Shown: positions 26,754-35,613, counted from the stretch's first letter. The stretch is 64,000 nt of DNA from an uncultured Verrucomicrobiae bacterium (GCA_963836755.1 CAWIKF010000002.1:1440001-1504000), one strand, 5' to 3'. Notes: a model not told the origin generated them from the sequence alone. Program-made: numbers and translations.

Positions 26754-28301
26754 ATGCCTGACAAACCGCTCACCATCGCCCAGCGTCTGCGCGCTTTTTT
26801 CCTCGCAGAGGTCCCGACGCAAAAACGGACCGTTTACAATTTTCGCTCGGCGCCGCCGACGATCGCCACGTTGCTCGACGTCGATCGCATCCACGGAATT
26901 TTTGCGGATGCGGAGGCCGGCAACGTGCAGGACCTCTTTGCGCTTTACCGGGATATTCTGATGGCGGATTCGCACCTCCAGGGCGAGATGGCCAAACGCA
27001 AGCTCGCTGTGATCGGCGATCCTCTCAGCATCCAGCCGGCGGACAAAAACAATCCGCAGGATGTGGCAGATGCAAAGTGGCTCGACATGCAGCTCACGCC
27101 GCGCCCCGCCTGGTTCTTGCGCGCGTGCGCTCACCTGCTCGATTCCACGCTCTGGCCGGTGGCAGTCTGCGAAAAGGTCTTTGCACCGGCCGCGGGTGGT
27201 TACGTCTTACAACGGCTCGTGCCCGTGCCCGACCAGCTCATCGATTTCCGGCTCGGCAAGCTGATGCTGCGCGCTACCGATCCCGAGACCGGTTACCCGA
27301 GCGGCGACATTTTCGAAGCGGACCCGAACCGCTATGTGATCCACCGCGGGCATCTGCTATCCACTCCCGACAACTGGGGCGGCCCGATGCGCTCGCTTGT
27401 TTTCTGGTGGTTTTTTGCCGCGATGGATCGCGACTCCTGGGCGCGGTTTTTGGAACGCTACGGCTCGCCATTTTTGCTCGGCAAATATGAGCAGGCCGAT
27501 GATGACAGCCGCACGGTGCTCGAGCGCGCTTTTTCCAACGCGACCAAGCTTTTCGGCATCGTCATTTCAAAGGATACCGATGTGGAGCTCGTGCAGGCGG
27601 CCGCCGCGCCGACTGGCGAGGCTTTCGAAAAATTCCACGACATCGCATGCCGCGAAAAATCAAAGCTCATCGTCGGGCAGACGAGCGCGGAAACGACACG
27701 TTCCACCGGCCTCGGCTCGGGCGTTTCCAAGCAGCAGGAAAACGTGCGAAACGACATCCGCCAATTCGATGCGATGATGCTTTCGGCGACGATCATGGAG
27801 GGCGTTTTCACGCAGCTCTTGTTGATCAACGGCCGCAAAGGAAAGGTCCGTGCCGTATGGGGTGCGGAGGATGCGCAAGTCAGTTCCCAGCTCGCAAAGA
27901 TGCTTTCCGATCTCGCGCAGGCCCAGCTCGGCGTGGCGGATGCGTCGTTGCCGCTACTCTCCGAACGGCTCGGCTTCCAGTTGCAACGGATCGCACCGCC
28001 GGCATCGCCTCAACCTTTCAGCGTGCCGCATCATTTGCTTGCCTTGGGCGCGGCCTCTCCGACGCGGGTCGAAAATGCTCTGTCTCAGATCGCCGGCCAA
28101 GGCGCCGCGGAAACGGCGCGGCAGTTCCGCCGATCCTACGCGCCGATCCGGCGGTTGATCTCGACCAGCGCGACGCCGGAGGAAGTAATTGCGGGCGTGC
28201 GGGATTTTACCTTGGGCTGGCCTGCCGAGGAGGCTGCCGGAATTTTGCTTGAGGCGTTGACTTCATTCGCGGCTAATGGAGCAATCATCACAGATCGGTA
28301 A
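26754..28301 (+). CDS. Mu gp29-like portal protein (DUF935)
   Basis: DSHLQGEMAKRKLAV, WARFLERYGSPFLLGKY, SKLIVGQT. Confidence 0.92.
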   Translation: MPDKPLTIAQRLRAFFLAEVPTQKRTVYNFRSAPPTIATLLDVDRIHGIFADAEAGNVQDLFALYRDILMADSHLQGEMAKRKLAVIGDPLSIQPADKNNPQDVADAKWLDMQLTPRPAWFLRACAHLLDSTLWPVAVCEKVFAPAAGGYVLQRLVPVPDQLIDFRLGKLMLRATDPETGYPSGDIFEADPNRYVIHRGHLLSTPDNWGGPMRSLVFWWFFAAMDRDSWARFLERYGSPFLLGKYEQADDDSRTVLERAFSNATKLFGIVISKDTDVELVQAAAAPTGEAFEKFHDIACREKSKLIVGQTSAETTRSTGLGSGVSKQQENVRNDIRQFDAMMLSATIMEGVFTQLLLINGRKGKVRAVWGAEDAQVSSQLAKMLSDLAQAQLGVADASLPLLSERLGFQLQRIAPPASPQPFSVPHHLLALGAASPTRVENALSQIAGQGAAETARQFRRSYAPIRRLISTSATPEEVIAGVRDFTLGWPAEEAAGILLEALTSFAANGAIITDR

Positions 28302-28417
28302 CAACCCTTTCTCCCGAAGCCGCTCATACCCATTTCAAACATTTCGCTAACAGGCTTCCACGGCTGCTTCCTCCGACCATTTCCGAGCAGGTCAGGCTAT
28401 ATCCGCCATTTCTCTCG

Positions 28418-28491
28418 GTCTAACTCCGCCGCCTTCGCCCGCGCAGCCATCGCGCCAGCCTCCGCCGTCGCTGAGCTTGGGGTCGTTAGGC
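28418..28491 (+). repeat. attC site (internally shortened)
   Basis: GTCTAAC...gtcgctgagcttggggtcGTTAGGC. Confidence 0.7.
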
Positions 28492-28507
28492 GACTTTCGC
28501 GCACACC

Positions 28508-28813
28508 ATGAAAGCAACGTCCGCTGCCAATTCGATTATGCGCTACATCGCCGTTCGCTGGCGGCACTCATCGCCTGAGTATCCTGTGGATTTGTATTCC
28601 GAGTTGGACGACGCAGGCTGGGAGCAGCGTAAGATTGAGGTATTTCCAGACGGTCACTGTGATTATGCCGATAGCCAAGAGAGCACTGGCTCCACTTCTC
28701 TAGGTCTTGCACCTATCCCACCAATCTCTGAGATCGCCGCAGACCCGCAATTCAACCCGCGAGAGATTACTGCACAAGAGTTTGAAGCACTATGGGTCAA
28801 GCGCAAGAGCTAA
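28508..28813 (+). CDS. Cassette ORF, DUF6881-like (immunity-protein-like)
   Basis: YIAVRWRH...PVDLYSELDDAGWEQRKIEVF.DG. Confidence 0.7.
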   Translation: MKATSAANSIMRYIAVRWRHSSPEYPVDLYSELDDAGWEQRKIEVFPDGHCDYADSQESTGSTSLGLAPIPPISEIAADPQFNPREITAQEFEALWVKRKS

Positions 28814-28823
28814 CAACCCCGTC

Positions 28824-28941
28824 GCCTAACCATGCGATGCAGCTAACAGGCTCCGCGCGTCACGGTAGCTGCTCCCCGCAGACCCGCCACGGCAGCTACC
28901 GCGCCGCGCTCCGCCTGTAGCTGATCTTGTTCTCGTTAGGC
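28824..28941 (+). repeat. attC site (main family, long form)
   Basis: GCCTAACcatgcgatgcagctaacaggctccgc...cctgtagctgatcttgttctcGTTAGGC. Confidence 0.92.
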
Positions 28942-28953
28942 GTCATACCATCC

Positions 28954-29163
28954 GTGTCCACAGAACCACCCATCAAACTATTCTCTTGGAAGCGCGCCAT
29001 TCTGCCGTCGGTTCTTGGCGTCGGGGTCGTCGCATTCCGCACGTATCAATCATATTCTGCGAAGGGATTTCTCGACAGCACGGACATCATTGTTGCATCA
29101 CTCACCATAGCTATGCTCTTTGGCATTCTTGCTGTCGTCGGCTGGTGGGCGAACAGACCTTAA
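28954..29163 (+). CDS. Cassette ORF, small 2-TM protein
   Basis: GTG start just after attC. Confidence 0.55.
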   Translation: MSTEPPIKLFSWKRAILPSVLGVGVVAFRTYQSYSAKGFLDSTDIIVASLTIAMLFGILAVVGWWANRP

Positions 29164-29170
29164 CTACGCT

Positions 29171-29362
29171 ATGAACCTCGAAGGACTTATTCCATTACTT
29201 GGCGGCATTTATTGCACCTTGCTTGGATTCGGTGTTGTCGCCCCCGGCAAGAATCCAGAACGGAACGAACTATGGCTCAAGAAGTTTGGCACGTTTATGA
29301 AGATCGGAGGTCCGTTCTTGATCCTTTTTGGACTTGTCCAGCTTCTCGGACTACTCAAATGA
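29171..29362 (+). CDS. Cassette ORF, small 2-TM protein
   Basis: Second ORF of the same cassette; stop abuts attC. Confidence 0.6.
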   Translation: MNLEGLIPLLGGIYCTLLGFGVVAPGKNPERNELWLKKFGTFMKIGGPFLILFGLVQLLGLLK

Positions 29363-29363
29363 C

Positions 29364-29429
29364 GCCTAACCATGCGATGCAGCTAACAGGCTCAGCGCGT
29401 CATGGTAGCTGACCTTGTTCGCGTGAGAC
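29364..29429 (+). repeat. attC site (deleted form, GTG core)
   Basis: GCCTAAC...GTGAGAC. Confidence 0.8.
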
Positions 29430-29448
29430 CTCATTCGCTTCATCTGAA

Positions 29449-29949
29449 ATGAAAAGGAACTTCTCTGCTGTAGGCCCACCTGAATTCATCGCAGAAAAAA
29501 AGGCGGAAGCAGAACGGAACTGGGCGAGGGATGACGCAGAATGGGAGAAGGCGGACCTGAAGCAGATGGATGACAAGACCCTGGCAGATTGGCATGGAGA
29601 CCACGCTGTCGGCAGTCGAGGCGACAGGCTGGCAACCCACGAGTGGGAGCGACGGCTGTCGGATAGGCAGATTGCCGCCGCCCACAAAACAGCAAGGCGC
29701 GCTGCGATTTGGAGCGGGACTATAGGCATCATAGGAACGTTAGCGGGACTTGGATTCGCTTGGCTCATATCTGGGGAACAACCTCCATCTTTGCATAAGT
29801 TGCGTTTCGTGTTCGCGCAGAACGAGAGCAAAGCTAAGGCCAAGCAGAACGAGCAGAATGCAGGAGCCACACCACCACCAAATAACGTTGATAAAGTGGG
29901 AGTCATCGACTCCTCTCCAGAGCCAGCGCACCCAAGTTCACATCCCTAG
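29449..29949 (+). CDS. Cassette ORF, single-TM protein
   Basis: 166 aa between attC sites. Confidence 0.6.
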   Translation: MKRNFSAVGPPEFIAEKKAEAERNWARDDAEWEKADLKQMDDKTLADWHGDHAVGSRGDRLATHEWERRLSDRQIAAAHKTARRAAIWSGTIGIIGTLAGLGFAWLISGEQPPSLHKLRFVFAQNESKAKAKQNEQNAGATPPPNNVDKVGVIDSSPEPAHPSSHP

Positions 29950-29963
29950 TGAAGTAACCAGGA

Positions 29964-30010
29964 GCCTAACCCCGCCCCAGCGAACAGCCTCCGCGCGTCA
30001 CCGGTAAGAC
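29964..30010 (+). repeat. Truncated attC (left arm only)
   Basis: GCCTAACcccgccccagcgaacagcctccgcgcgtcacc, then similarity ends. Confidence 0.65.
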
Positions 30011-30030
30011 ACTCCCACTGACCCCAGCGC

Positions 30031-30070
30031 AAAAAAAAGCGGAGACGCGCACACTCGCACGCGCCTCCGC
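30031..30070 (-). terminator. Rho-independent terminator of the FN3 gene
   Basis: Minus strand GCGGAGGCGCG/CGCGTCTCCGC hairpin followed by T8. Confidence 0.8.
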
Positions 30071-30099
30071 AGGTTAGTAAAAACTGCGTTAAACCCGCG

Positions 30100-31140
30100 T
30101 CACACGCGCGACGATGGCAATGGCCCGTGGCCATTCGCATGACCGTTGCTCGCGATTGCCCGCGGCACCAGCGCCGTTGGCTCAAGAGCGGGCGACTCCG
30201 CCTTTGGCTCCAGCGCGGCAGCGGGCGGGATCGTCACCACGATCGGCTCACTCGCCAGCCCCTGGCGACCCGCATTCACCGCCTGCACCACGATCTGGAC
30301 ACTCACGCCGGGCGCAAAACCCGTCAGCGACGCCATCGGCGACTGCGAGCTCGCCGAGAGCACATAATCACTCTGCACGCCCACGATCAACGTGCGGAAC
30401 CGGTAACGCGACGCCAGCGGCACCGCATCACACGACACCACGATCGCCGCGCCATTCAAGTTCGCCTGCACATTCACAGGCTGCGCCGGCGTCGTGTCCG
30501 AGCCCGGGATATTGAGGCCAAATTGCAGCCAGCGCGGATCATTCGGCCCGAGCAGCGCCGTCAGGATGCTGATCAAAAGCCGCATCTGCGTCGTCAACGG
30601 CTTCAGCGCCGCATCGCGCGCCGTCATCGCCGTTTTCAGCAGATCCGTCTTCTGCGCCACCACCCCCTGCGTCGAGACCGCCGCATTCCGCAGCGTGGTC
30701 CCATGAGCCGCCGTCACATCCAGCGGCGCGACCTCGTAACTCGGATTCTGCGTGAAAAACCCGATCAACCGGAGCGCGAGCCCCAGCCGGTCAGTGATCG
30801 TGTCCGGCACAGCCGTCGTCGGCGACGTGTAACCAGCCTGCGCCCACATCGTATTCCAGCGCGTGCCGAAAAACTTCGTCAACGCCGCGCGCACATTCAA
30901 GAGCCACGTCGAGAGCGCATCATCCGCCACGTGAAAAGCGTCATAAGCCACCGCCTGCGCACTGCGCGCGCCATTCGCCGTCGTATCCGCGGTAGTGAAA
31001 GCCGTCAGATTGTTTTGCATCGAAGCCGCCGTCACCTGCGTGATGGCGAGCGCCGTGCCCAGTTGATTGAGACCGATGATCATTTTGCCCGCCAGAGTGG
31101 TGGTCTCGCCACTGGAGGAAGGAATAGGATTAGTGTTCAT
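30100..31140 (-). CDS. Helical-repeat + fibronectin type III domain protein
   Basis: Start MNTNPIP at 31140; two helical units ending WAQAGY and WLQFGL; FN3-like PAQPVNV...YRF...VQAVNAG..G.ASEP. Confidence 0.8.
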   Translation of the reverse strand: MNTNPIPSSSGETTTLAGKMIIGLNQLGTALAITQVTAASMQNNLTAFTTADTTANGARSAQAVAYDAFHVADDALSTWLLNVRAALTKFFGTRWNTMWAQAGYTSPTTAVPDTITDRLGLALRLIGFFTQNPSYEVAPLDVTAAHGTTLRNAAVSTQGVVAQKTDLLKTAMTARDAALKPLTTQMRLLISILTALLGPNDPRWLQFGLNIPGSDTTPAQPVNVQANLNGAAIVVSCDAVPLASRYRFRTLIVGVQSDYVLSASSQSPMASLTGFAPGVSVQIVVQAVNAGRQGLASEPIVVTIPPAAALEPKAESPALEPTALVPRAIASNGHANGHGPLPSSRV

Positions 31141-31220
31141 ATATATAATAGGAATTATTCTAATTAAACTTGCTGCGTTCTCCGCGTCGCACACAACGTG
31201 CGGCGGAGCTTGGGTGAAGT

Positions 31221-31237
31221 AGCAGCGCCCGTGCCAA
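31221..31237 (-). promoter_or_regulatory. sigma54 (-24/-12) promoter
   Basis: Minus strand TTGGCACGGGCGCTGCT with GG-N10-GC spacing, about 80 bp upstream of the FN3 ATG. Confidence 0.65.
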
Positions 31238-31264
31238 CCCTTGCAAAGTCGCAAAAATAATTGC

Positions 31265-31469
31265 TGGGCGAGCATCGATCTTAAAAAATCCGCCCTCCGC
31301 CAATCTGGGCGAGCACCGATTTGAAAAAATCCGCCCTCCGCCACGCTGGGCGAGCATCGATTTGAAAAAATCCATCCTCCGCCAACTTGGGCGAGCATCG
31401 ATTTGAAAAAATCCGCCCTCCGCCACGCTGGGCGAGCATCGATTTGAAAAAATCCGACCTCCCCGAGCC
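31265..31469. repeat. Five tandem 41-bp repeats
   Basis: Unit TGGGCGAGCATCGATTTGAAAAAATCCGCCCTCCGCCACGC starting at 31265, 31306, 31347, 31388 and 31429 (last copy degenerate). Confidence 0.95.
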
Positions 31470-31640
31470 TCGGCGCCACCCCATTATAGAATCGCGAAAA
31501 AGTCCCATACCTCCGCCGGAATTTAGTTTGACCGCCGAGGCCGCATTCCATAACACCGCGGCATGACGGCGAGGAAGCCAGCAGCAGCCAAAGAGCGGAC
31601 AGAAATAGGCGAAACTTTTTTCGCCTTTAATTACGAACCT

Positions 31641-31662
31641 TCGCCTAAATCTCGTTAGGCGA
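31641..31662 (+). repeat. Collapsed attC or attI-like core site
   Basis: TCGCCTAA-atctcg-TTAGGCGA inverted repeat containing GTTAGGC. Confidence 0.55.
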
Positions 31663-31677
31663 CTTTCGCGTTCCACC

Positions 31678-32154
31678 GTGACGACCAAGCGAATAGCAAT
31701 CAGCATCCTTCTCATTGTTGCGGCAGGCGTCGGATTCTACTTTACCCGCTCGATGATTCGAGAGAATCGGCAGTGGGAGTTGTCACGCGCCGCTGGAGAC
31801 GGCGATTTGATTGCAGTTACTCGTTGCGTTGAGGCAGGCGCGATCATCGATGCGACGCCGTTTCGCGCTAACCGTGCCGTTGCTGGCTTGCCCGCTCTGA
31901 CCGTCGCAGCGCTCTACGGCCATGAGGATGTCGTGCGGTTCCTTCTCGACCACGGTGCTAACCCGAACTTGCGCGGCATGAGCAACCCGTTGATTGCAGC
32001 CTGCTGGAAGAAGCATTATTCTATCGCGAAGCTTTTACTTGAGCGCGGCGCCGATCCGAATGCCCACGGCGAAGGCACGCCTTTGTATGCAGCTCAGTCC
32101 ACCGATCAACCTGACTTAGTATTACTATTACAGCAGCACGGAGCACATGACTAA
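31678..32154 (+). CDS. Cassette ORF, ankyrin-repeat protein with N-terminal TM
   Basis: ALTVAALYGHEDVVRFLLDHGANPN-type repeats. Confidence 0.9.
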   Translation: MTTKRIAISILLIVAAGVGFYFTRSMIRENRQWELSRAAGDGDLIAVTRCVEAGAIIDATPFRANRAVAGLPALTVAALYGHEDVVRFLLDHGANPNLRGMSNPLIAACWKKHYSIAKLLLERGADPNAHGEGTPLYAAQSTDQPDLVLLLQQHGAHD

Positions 32155-32166
32155 CTCGACCAAGTC

Positions 32167-32286
32167 GCCTAACCATGCGATGCAGCTAACAGGCTCCGCG
32201 CGTCACGGCCTGTGCTACAGACCCGCAGACCTACCGGCACATGCCGCGCCGCGCTCCGCCTGTAGCTGATCTTGTTCTCGTTAGGC
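32167..32286 (+). repeat. attC site (main family)
   Basis: GCCTAAC...GTTAGGC. Confidence 0.92.
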
Positions 32287-32309
32287 GTATTCGCTTACTC
32301 TTTTACTGA

Positions 32310-32903
32310 ATGGGAACTTCAATTTACTGTCCACATTGCCACAAGCACACCGAACTAAGCTTGGGCACATCCCAGTTTAGATGGCAAGGCCACCAAGTCG
32401 AAGGACCGGCAATATGCACAGATGCATGGGAGCGGAATTGGTGGATTGGAGTCTGCAATTCGTGCAAGGAGACCTGTTTGGTTCTCGGCGAGGGAGACAT
32501 CATTTATCCCCATCCTCTACCGACACCAACCGATCCAGAAATACCGAAAGACATTGCGACCGATTTAGACGAAGCCAAGCTTTGCTTTTCGGTTTCCTGT
32601 TACCGAGCGTGTGCTGCAATGGCTCGTCGCACGATCCAGCTTACTTGCATCACGAAGGGTGCATCGAAAGGAGATTTAGTTGGTCAGATTGCAGAGCTCG
32701 CAGCAAGCGGTGTTATCACGAAGGATTTGGCGGAGTGGGCGACTGTGGTTCGCTGGATCGGCAACGACGCCGCACACCCAAATCCTTCGACGGTCACGCA
32801 AGAGGATGCCGCTGATTGCCTGCACTTAGCCGAGCAGTTCTTACATGTTATTTTCGTTACACCCGCACGAGCGAAGGCAAGGCGAGCCGCTCGTGGGAAG
32901 TAG
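32310..32903 (+). CDS. Cassette ORF, Zn-ribbon + DUF4145 (HEPN-like) protein
   Basis: CPHC...CNSC; EAKLCF...ACAAMARR...RWIGNDAAH. Confidence 0.85.
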   Translation: MGTSIYCPHCHKHTELSLGTSQFRWQGHQVEGPAICTDAWERNWWIGVCNSCKETCLVLGEGDIIYPHPLPTPTDPEIPKDIATDLDEAKLCFSVSCYRACAAMARRTIQLTCITKGASKGDLVGQIAELAASGVITKDLAEWATVVRWIGNDAAHPNPSTVTQEDAADCLHLAEQFLHVIFVTPARAKARRAARGK

Positions 32904-32925
32904 CTATGCTCGCTTTCGACCATAC

Positions 32926-33088
32926 GCCTAACCATGCGATGCAGCTAACAGGCTCCGCGCGTCACGGTAGCTGCTCCCCGCCGAAGTGGCGGAAGGGACT
33001 AGTGGATGTTGGCGGCCGGGTGAGCCAGACCCTCCACGGCAGCTACCGCGCCGCGCTCCGCCTGTAGCTGATCTTGTTCTCGTTAGAC
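32926..33088 (+). repeat. attC site (main family, about 45-bp loop insertion)
   Basis: GCCTAAC...GTTAGAC. Confidence 0.88.
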
Positions 33089-33100
33089 GACTCGACCTAT

Positions 33101-33451
33101 ATGGGCTACGACACCACGATTACGAGACGTGACACTTGGTCCGCCGACGAAGGGCCGGCCATCACGCGCGCGGAATGGCAAGCCATCTTGGCTAGCGATG
33201 TGGAGTTGGAGCGCGTTGATGAAGAGGACACCGCTCGGATGCTCGATCCATCACGCCATGTGGCTCGCTTCTTCTGGTATCAACCCGATGGCAGAATCTT
33301 TGTCAAAAAGCCAAACCGGCCTGTGCTGATGAAGATGCTCGCCATCGCCGAGAAGCTGGGGGCACGCGTCATCGGAGACGACGACGAGGTCTACTCCCGC
33401 GACGGCGTCCCCGACAAACCAGCACCGTTCACCATCACCGACCGTTGGTGA
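33101..33451 (+). CDS. Cassette ORF, hypothetical (immunity-like)
   Basis: MGYDTTITRR...KMLAIAEKLGARVIGDDDEVY. Confidence 0.65.
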   Translation: MGYDTTITRRDTWSADEGPAITRAEWQAILASDVELERVDEEDTARMLDPSRHVARFFWYQPDGRIFVKKPNRPVLMKMLAIAEKLGARVIGDDDEVYSRDGVPDKPAPFTITDRW

Positions 33452-33474
33452 GGCCGTCTTCCAACTGCCCCGTC

Positions 33475-33577
33475 GTCCAACAACGCGCTCCAGCGAACAG
33501 AGGCTGGCGATCGGCTTCTCCTTGTATTCCACTTCCTTCTTCGCCAGCCTCTGTCGCTGAGCTTGAGTTCGTTAGGC
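33475..33577 (+). repeat. attC site (second family)
   Basis: GTCCAAC...gtcgctgagcttgagttcGTTAGGC. Confidence 0.85.
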
Positions 33578-33621
33578 GTCGCTACGTGCGTCCCGAGGAA
33601 GTAAAGCCAAAGAGACACGCA

Positions 33622-34185
33622 ATGAATCCGTCAAATGCAACAGCAAGCGGCGCCACCGTGGTGATTACGCATCGTGTGCGCGATGGCAAGGAGGCGGACT
33701 ACGACCACTGGCTGAACGAAATCGGGCCGCTTTGCCAAGCGTCTCCGGGACATCTGGACTGGCAGATTATCCGTCCCATTGTCGGCCTTACGACGACTTA
33801 CACCGTGGTCATTCGCTTCGATACCTGCGACCGTCTCCGGCAGTGGATGGGTTCACCAGACCGGCAACGGCTTATCGAGCGGGCGCGGCCGCTGCTCGTG
33901 GCGGACGATGATTACACGATTCGGAGCGGCCTGGATTTCTGGTTCACACCTCCCGGCACGGCCAAGGTTCCGGTGCGATGGAAGCAGTTTCTGATTACGT
34001 GGTCCGCGATTTACCCGCTGGTGCTGGGTGTGCCATTGGTGGTGGTTCCATTGCTGCATCAGTTCGGAGCGCCTGACAACCGATTCCTTACGACGCTGTT
34101 GGTCACAGCCACCGTGGTTTTCCTCATGGTTTACGTCGTTATGCCACGCTACACGAAGTTAGTTCGACAATGGCTTTTCAACTAA
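33622..34185 (+). CDS. Cassette ORF, antibiotic-biosynthesis-monooxygenase-like domain + 2 TM
   Basis: ATVVITHRV...YTVVIRFD...SGLDFWF...RWKQFLITWSAIYPL. Confidence 0.8.
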   Translation: MNPSNATASGATVVITHRVRDGKEADYDHWLNEIGPLCQASPGHLDWQIIRPIVGLTTTYTVVIRFDTCDRLRQWMGSPDRQRLIERARPLLVADDDYTIRSGLDFWFTPPGTAKVPVRWKQFLITWSAIYPLVLGVPLVVVPLLHQFGAPDNRFLTTLLVTATVVFLMVYVVMPRYTKLVRQWLFN

Positions 34186-34201
34186 ACCAAAAGGCCGCAA
34201 C

Positions 34202-34325
34202 GCCCAACTATGCGATGCAGCGAACGGCTCCGGCTGTCACCGCGGCTGCTTCCGGCCTCCGCCTTTCCCCCATCATGCAGCCAGCGCGCCGCGCTCCGCA
34301 GTCGCTGAGCTTGTTCTCGTCAGGC
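34202..34325 (+). repeat. attC site (GTC core)
   Basis: GCCCAAC...GTCAGGC. Confidence 0.8.
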
Positions 34326-34365
34326 GTCGCTACGCCTTTTAAACTCAACAACAAAGAAACTAACC

Positions 34366-35121
34366 ATGTCGAATAAACTTGAAGGAAAAATCGCACTGAT
34401 CACGGGCGGGACGAGCGGAATCGGGCTCGCTACCGCTCAGCGCTTTGTGGCAGAAGGGGCGCATGTTTACATCACCGGCCGACGGCAAGCGGAGCTGGAT
34501 GCGGCTACGGAGAAGATCGGACGGAGCGTGACCGGTGTGCGCGGGGATGTGTCGAACATGGCCGATCTTGACGCGCTCTATGATACGATACGCAAGGCTC
34601 ACGGCCGACTGGATGTGTTATTCGCCAATGCCGGTGGCGGCGCGTTCGTGCCTCTGGAGCAGGTGACGGAGGAACACTTTGACAAGTATTTTGGGATCAA
34701 CGTCAAGGGGACGCTTTTCACCGTGCAGAAGGCGTTGCCGCTCATGCCGCCGGGGTCTGCCATTGTCCTAAACGCTTCGATGGTTTCGGTGCAGGGAGTG
34801 CCCGGCTTCACCGTTTACTCGGCTACGAAGGCGGCTCTGCGATCATTTGCGCGCACGTGGTCGGTGGATCTAAAAGACCGCAGGATTCGCGTCAACGTGG
34901 TGAACCCTGGTGTGGTCGTGACGCCGGGCTACAGAAACGAACTCGGGATGAGCGATGAGCAGATCAAACAGTTCGAGGCTCAGGCTTCGGCGACGACTCC
35001 GCTGGGCCGAACCGGCACGCCAGACGAGATTGCCAAGGCGGTGGTTTTTCTAGCGAGCGACGATGCGAGCTTTGTCACGGGCATCGCTCTGTTCGTCGAT
35101 GGCGGTGCGGCGCAAATCTGA
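34366..35121 (+). CDS. Cassette ORF, SDR-family oxidoreductase
   Basis: TGGTSGIG, NAG, YSATK. Confidence 0.95.
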   Translation: MSNKLEGKIALITGGTSGIGLATAQRFVAEGAHVYITGRRQAELDAATEKIGRSVTGVRGDVSNMADLDALYDTIRKAHGRLDVLFANAGGGAFVPLEQVTEEHFDKYFGINVKGTLFTVQKALPLMPPGSAIVLNASMVSVQGVPGFTVYSATKAALRSFARTWSVDLKDRRIRVNVVNPGVVVTPGYRNELGMSDEQIKQFEAQASATTPLGRTGTPDEIAKAVVFLASDDASFVTGIALFVDGGAAQI

Positions 35122-35156
35122 GTGGGAGGAAAGGGCTCTTGAATTTCATCCGCAAC

Positions 35157-35216
35157 GCCTAACTATGCGATGCAGCTGGCAAGCTCCGCCTGTAGCTGAG
35201 TTTGTTCTCGTTAGCC
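35157..35216 (+). repeat. attC site (short form)
   Basis: GCCTAAC...GTTAGCC. Confidence 0.85.
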
Positions 35217-35286
35217 GTCGCTACGCGCGTCGAGGAACAGAAATCTTATTGAACTCACCCAACGGCATTTCGACAGCCCGACACTC

Positions 35287-35613
35287 ATGGACATCATTGA
35301 TCTATTCTGGAACTTCTCTCAGGACGGCGACATTCGTGACCTGAAGGCGTCACACACAAAGGCTGTCGGAAAGAATGCCGATCTCGTAAAGCGCCTTCAG
35401 GAGGAGAACTACGAACTTCGCATTCGCGTCAGCCTCCTGATCCGCTTGCTTATCGAGCGTGGCGTCTTCACAGCGGACGACTTCACCTCATTACTCAACG
35501 AAACCAAAGCACAACTAACAGCCGCAACGGCTAACCCCGCGCTGCAGCGAACCGGCTCGGCTGTCACGGCTCCTGCTTCCACCCCGCCGCCTTCGCCCGC
35601 CCACACCGCGTAG
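35287..35613 (+). CDS. Cassette ORF, coiled-coil protein reading into attC
   Basis: Stop codon lies inside the downstream attC. Confidence 0.6.
   Translation: MDIIDLFWNFSQDGDIRDLKASHTKAVGKNADLVKRLQEENYELRIRVSLLIRLLIERGVFTADDFTSLLNETKAQLTAATANPALQRTGSAVTAPASTPPPSPAHTA

Larger units (their letters stand above)
1..28341. mobile_element. Mu-like (transposable) prophage; left part continues beyond window, right boundary approx. 28341-28345
   Basis: Transposase plus AAA ATPase, Gam, divergent CI/Ner pair, gp25/gp26/DUF3486-like genes, terminase, DUF935 portal, MuF, gpG, protease I. attC-like DNA begins about 45 bp after the portal stop. Confidence 0.93.

Noticed and set aside
31265..31469. 41-bp repeats as a CRISPR array
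   Set aside because: Units are head-to-tail with no unique spacers, and there are no cas genes in the window
31141..31551. N-terminal extension of the 483-aa ORF 30100..31551
   Set aside because: It is a translation of the promoter and the 41-bp repeats; the plausible start is the ATG at 31140
32816..33067. ORFs containing NHAMQLTGSAR-like peptides (also 29212, 36919, and the 5' parts of 33445, 36996, 39438, 39873)
   Set aside because: They are translations of attC DNA rather than genes
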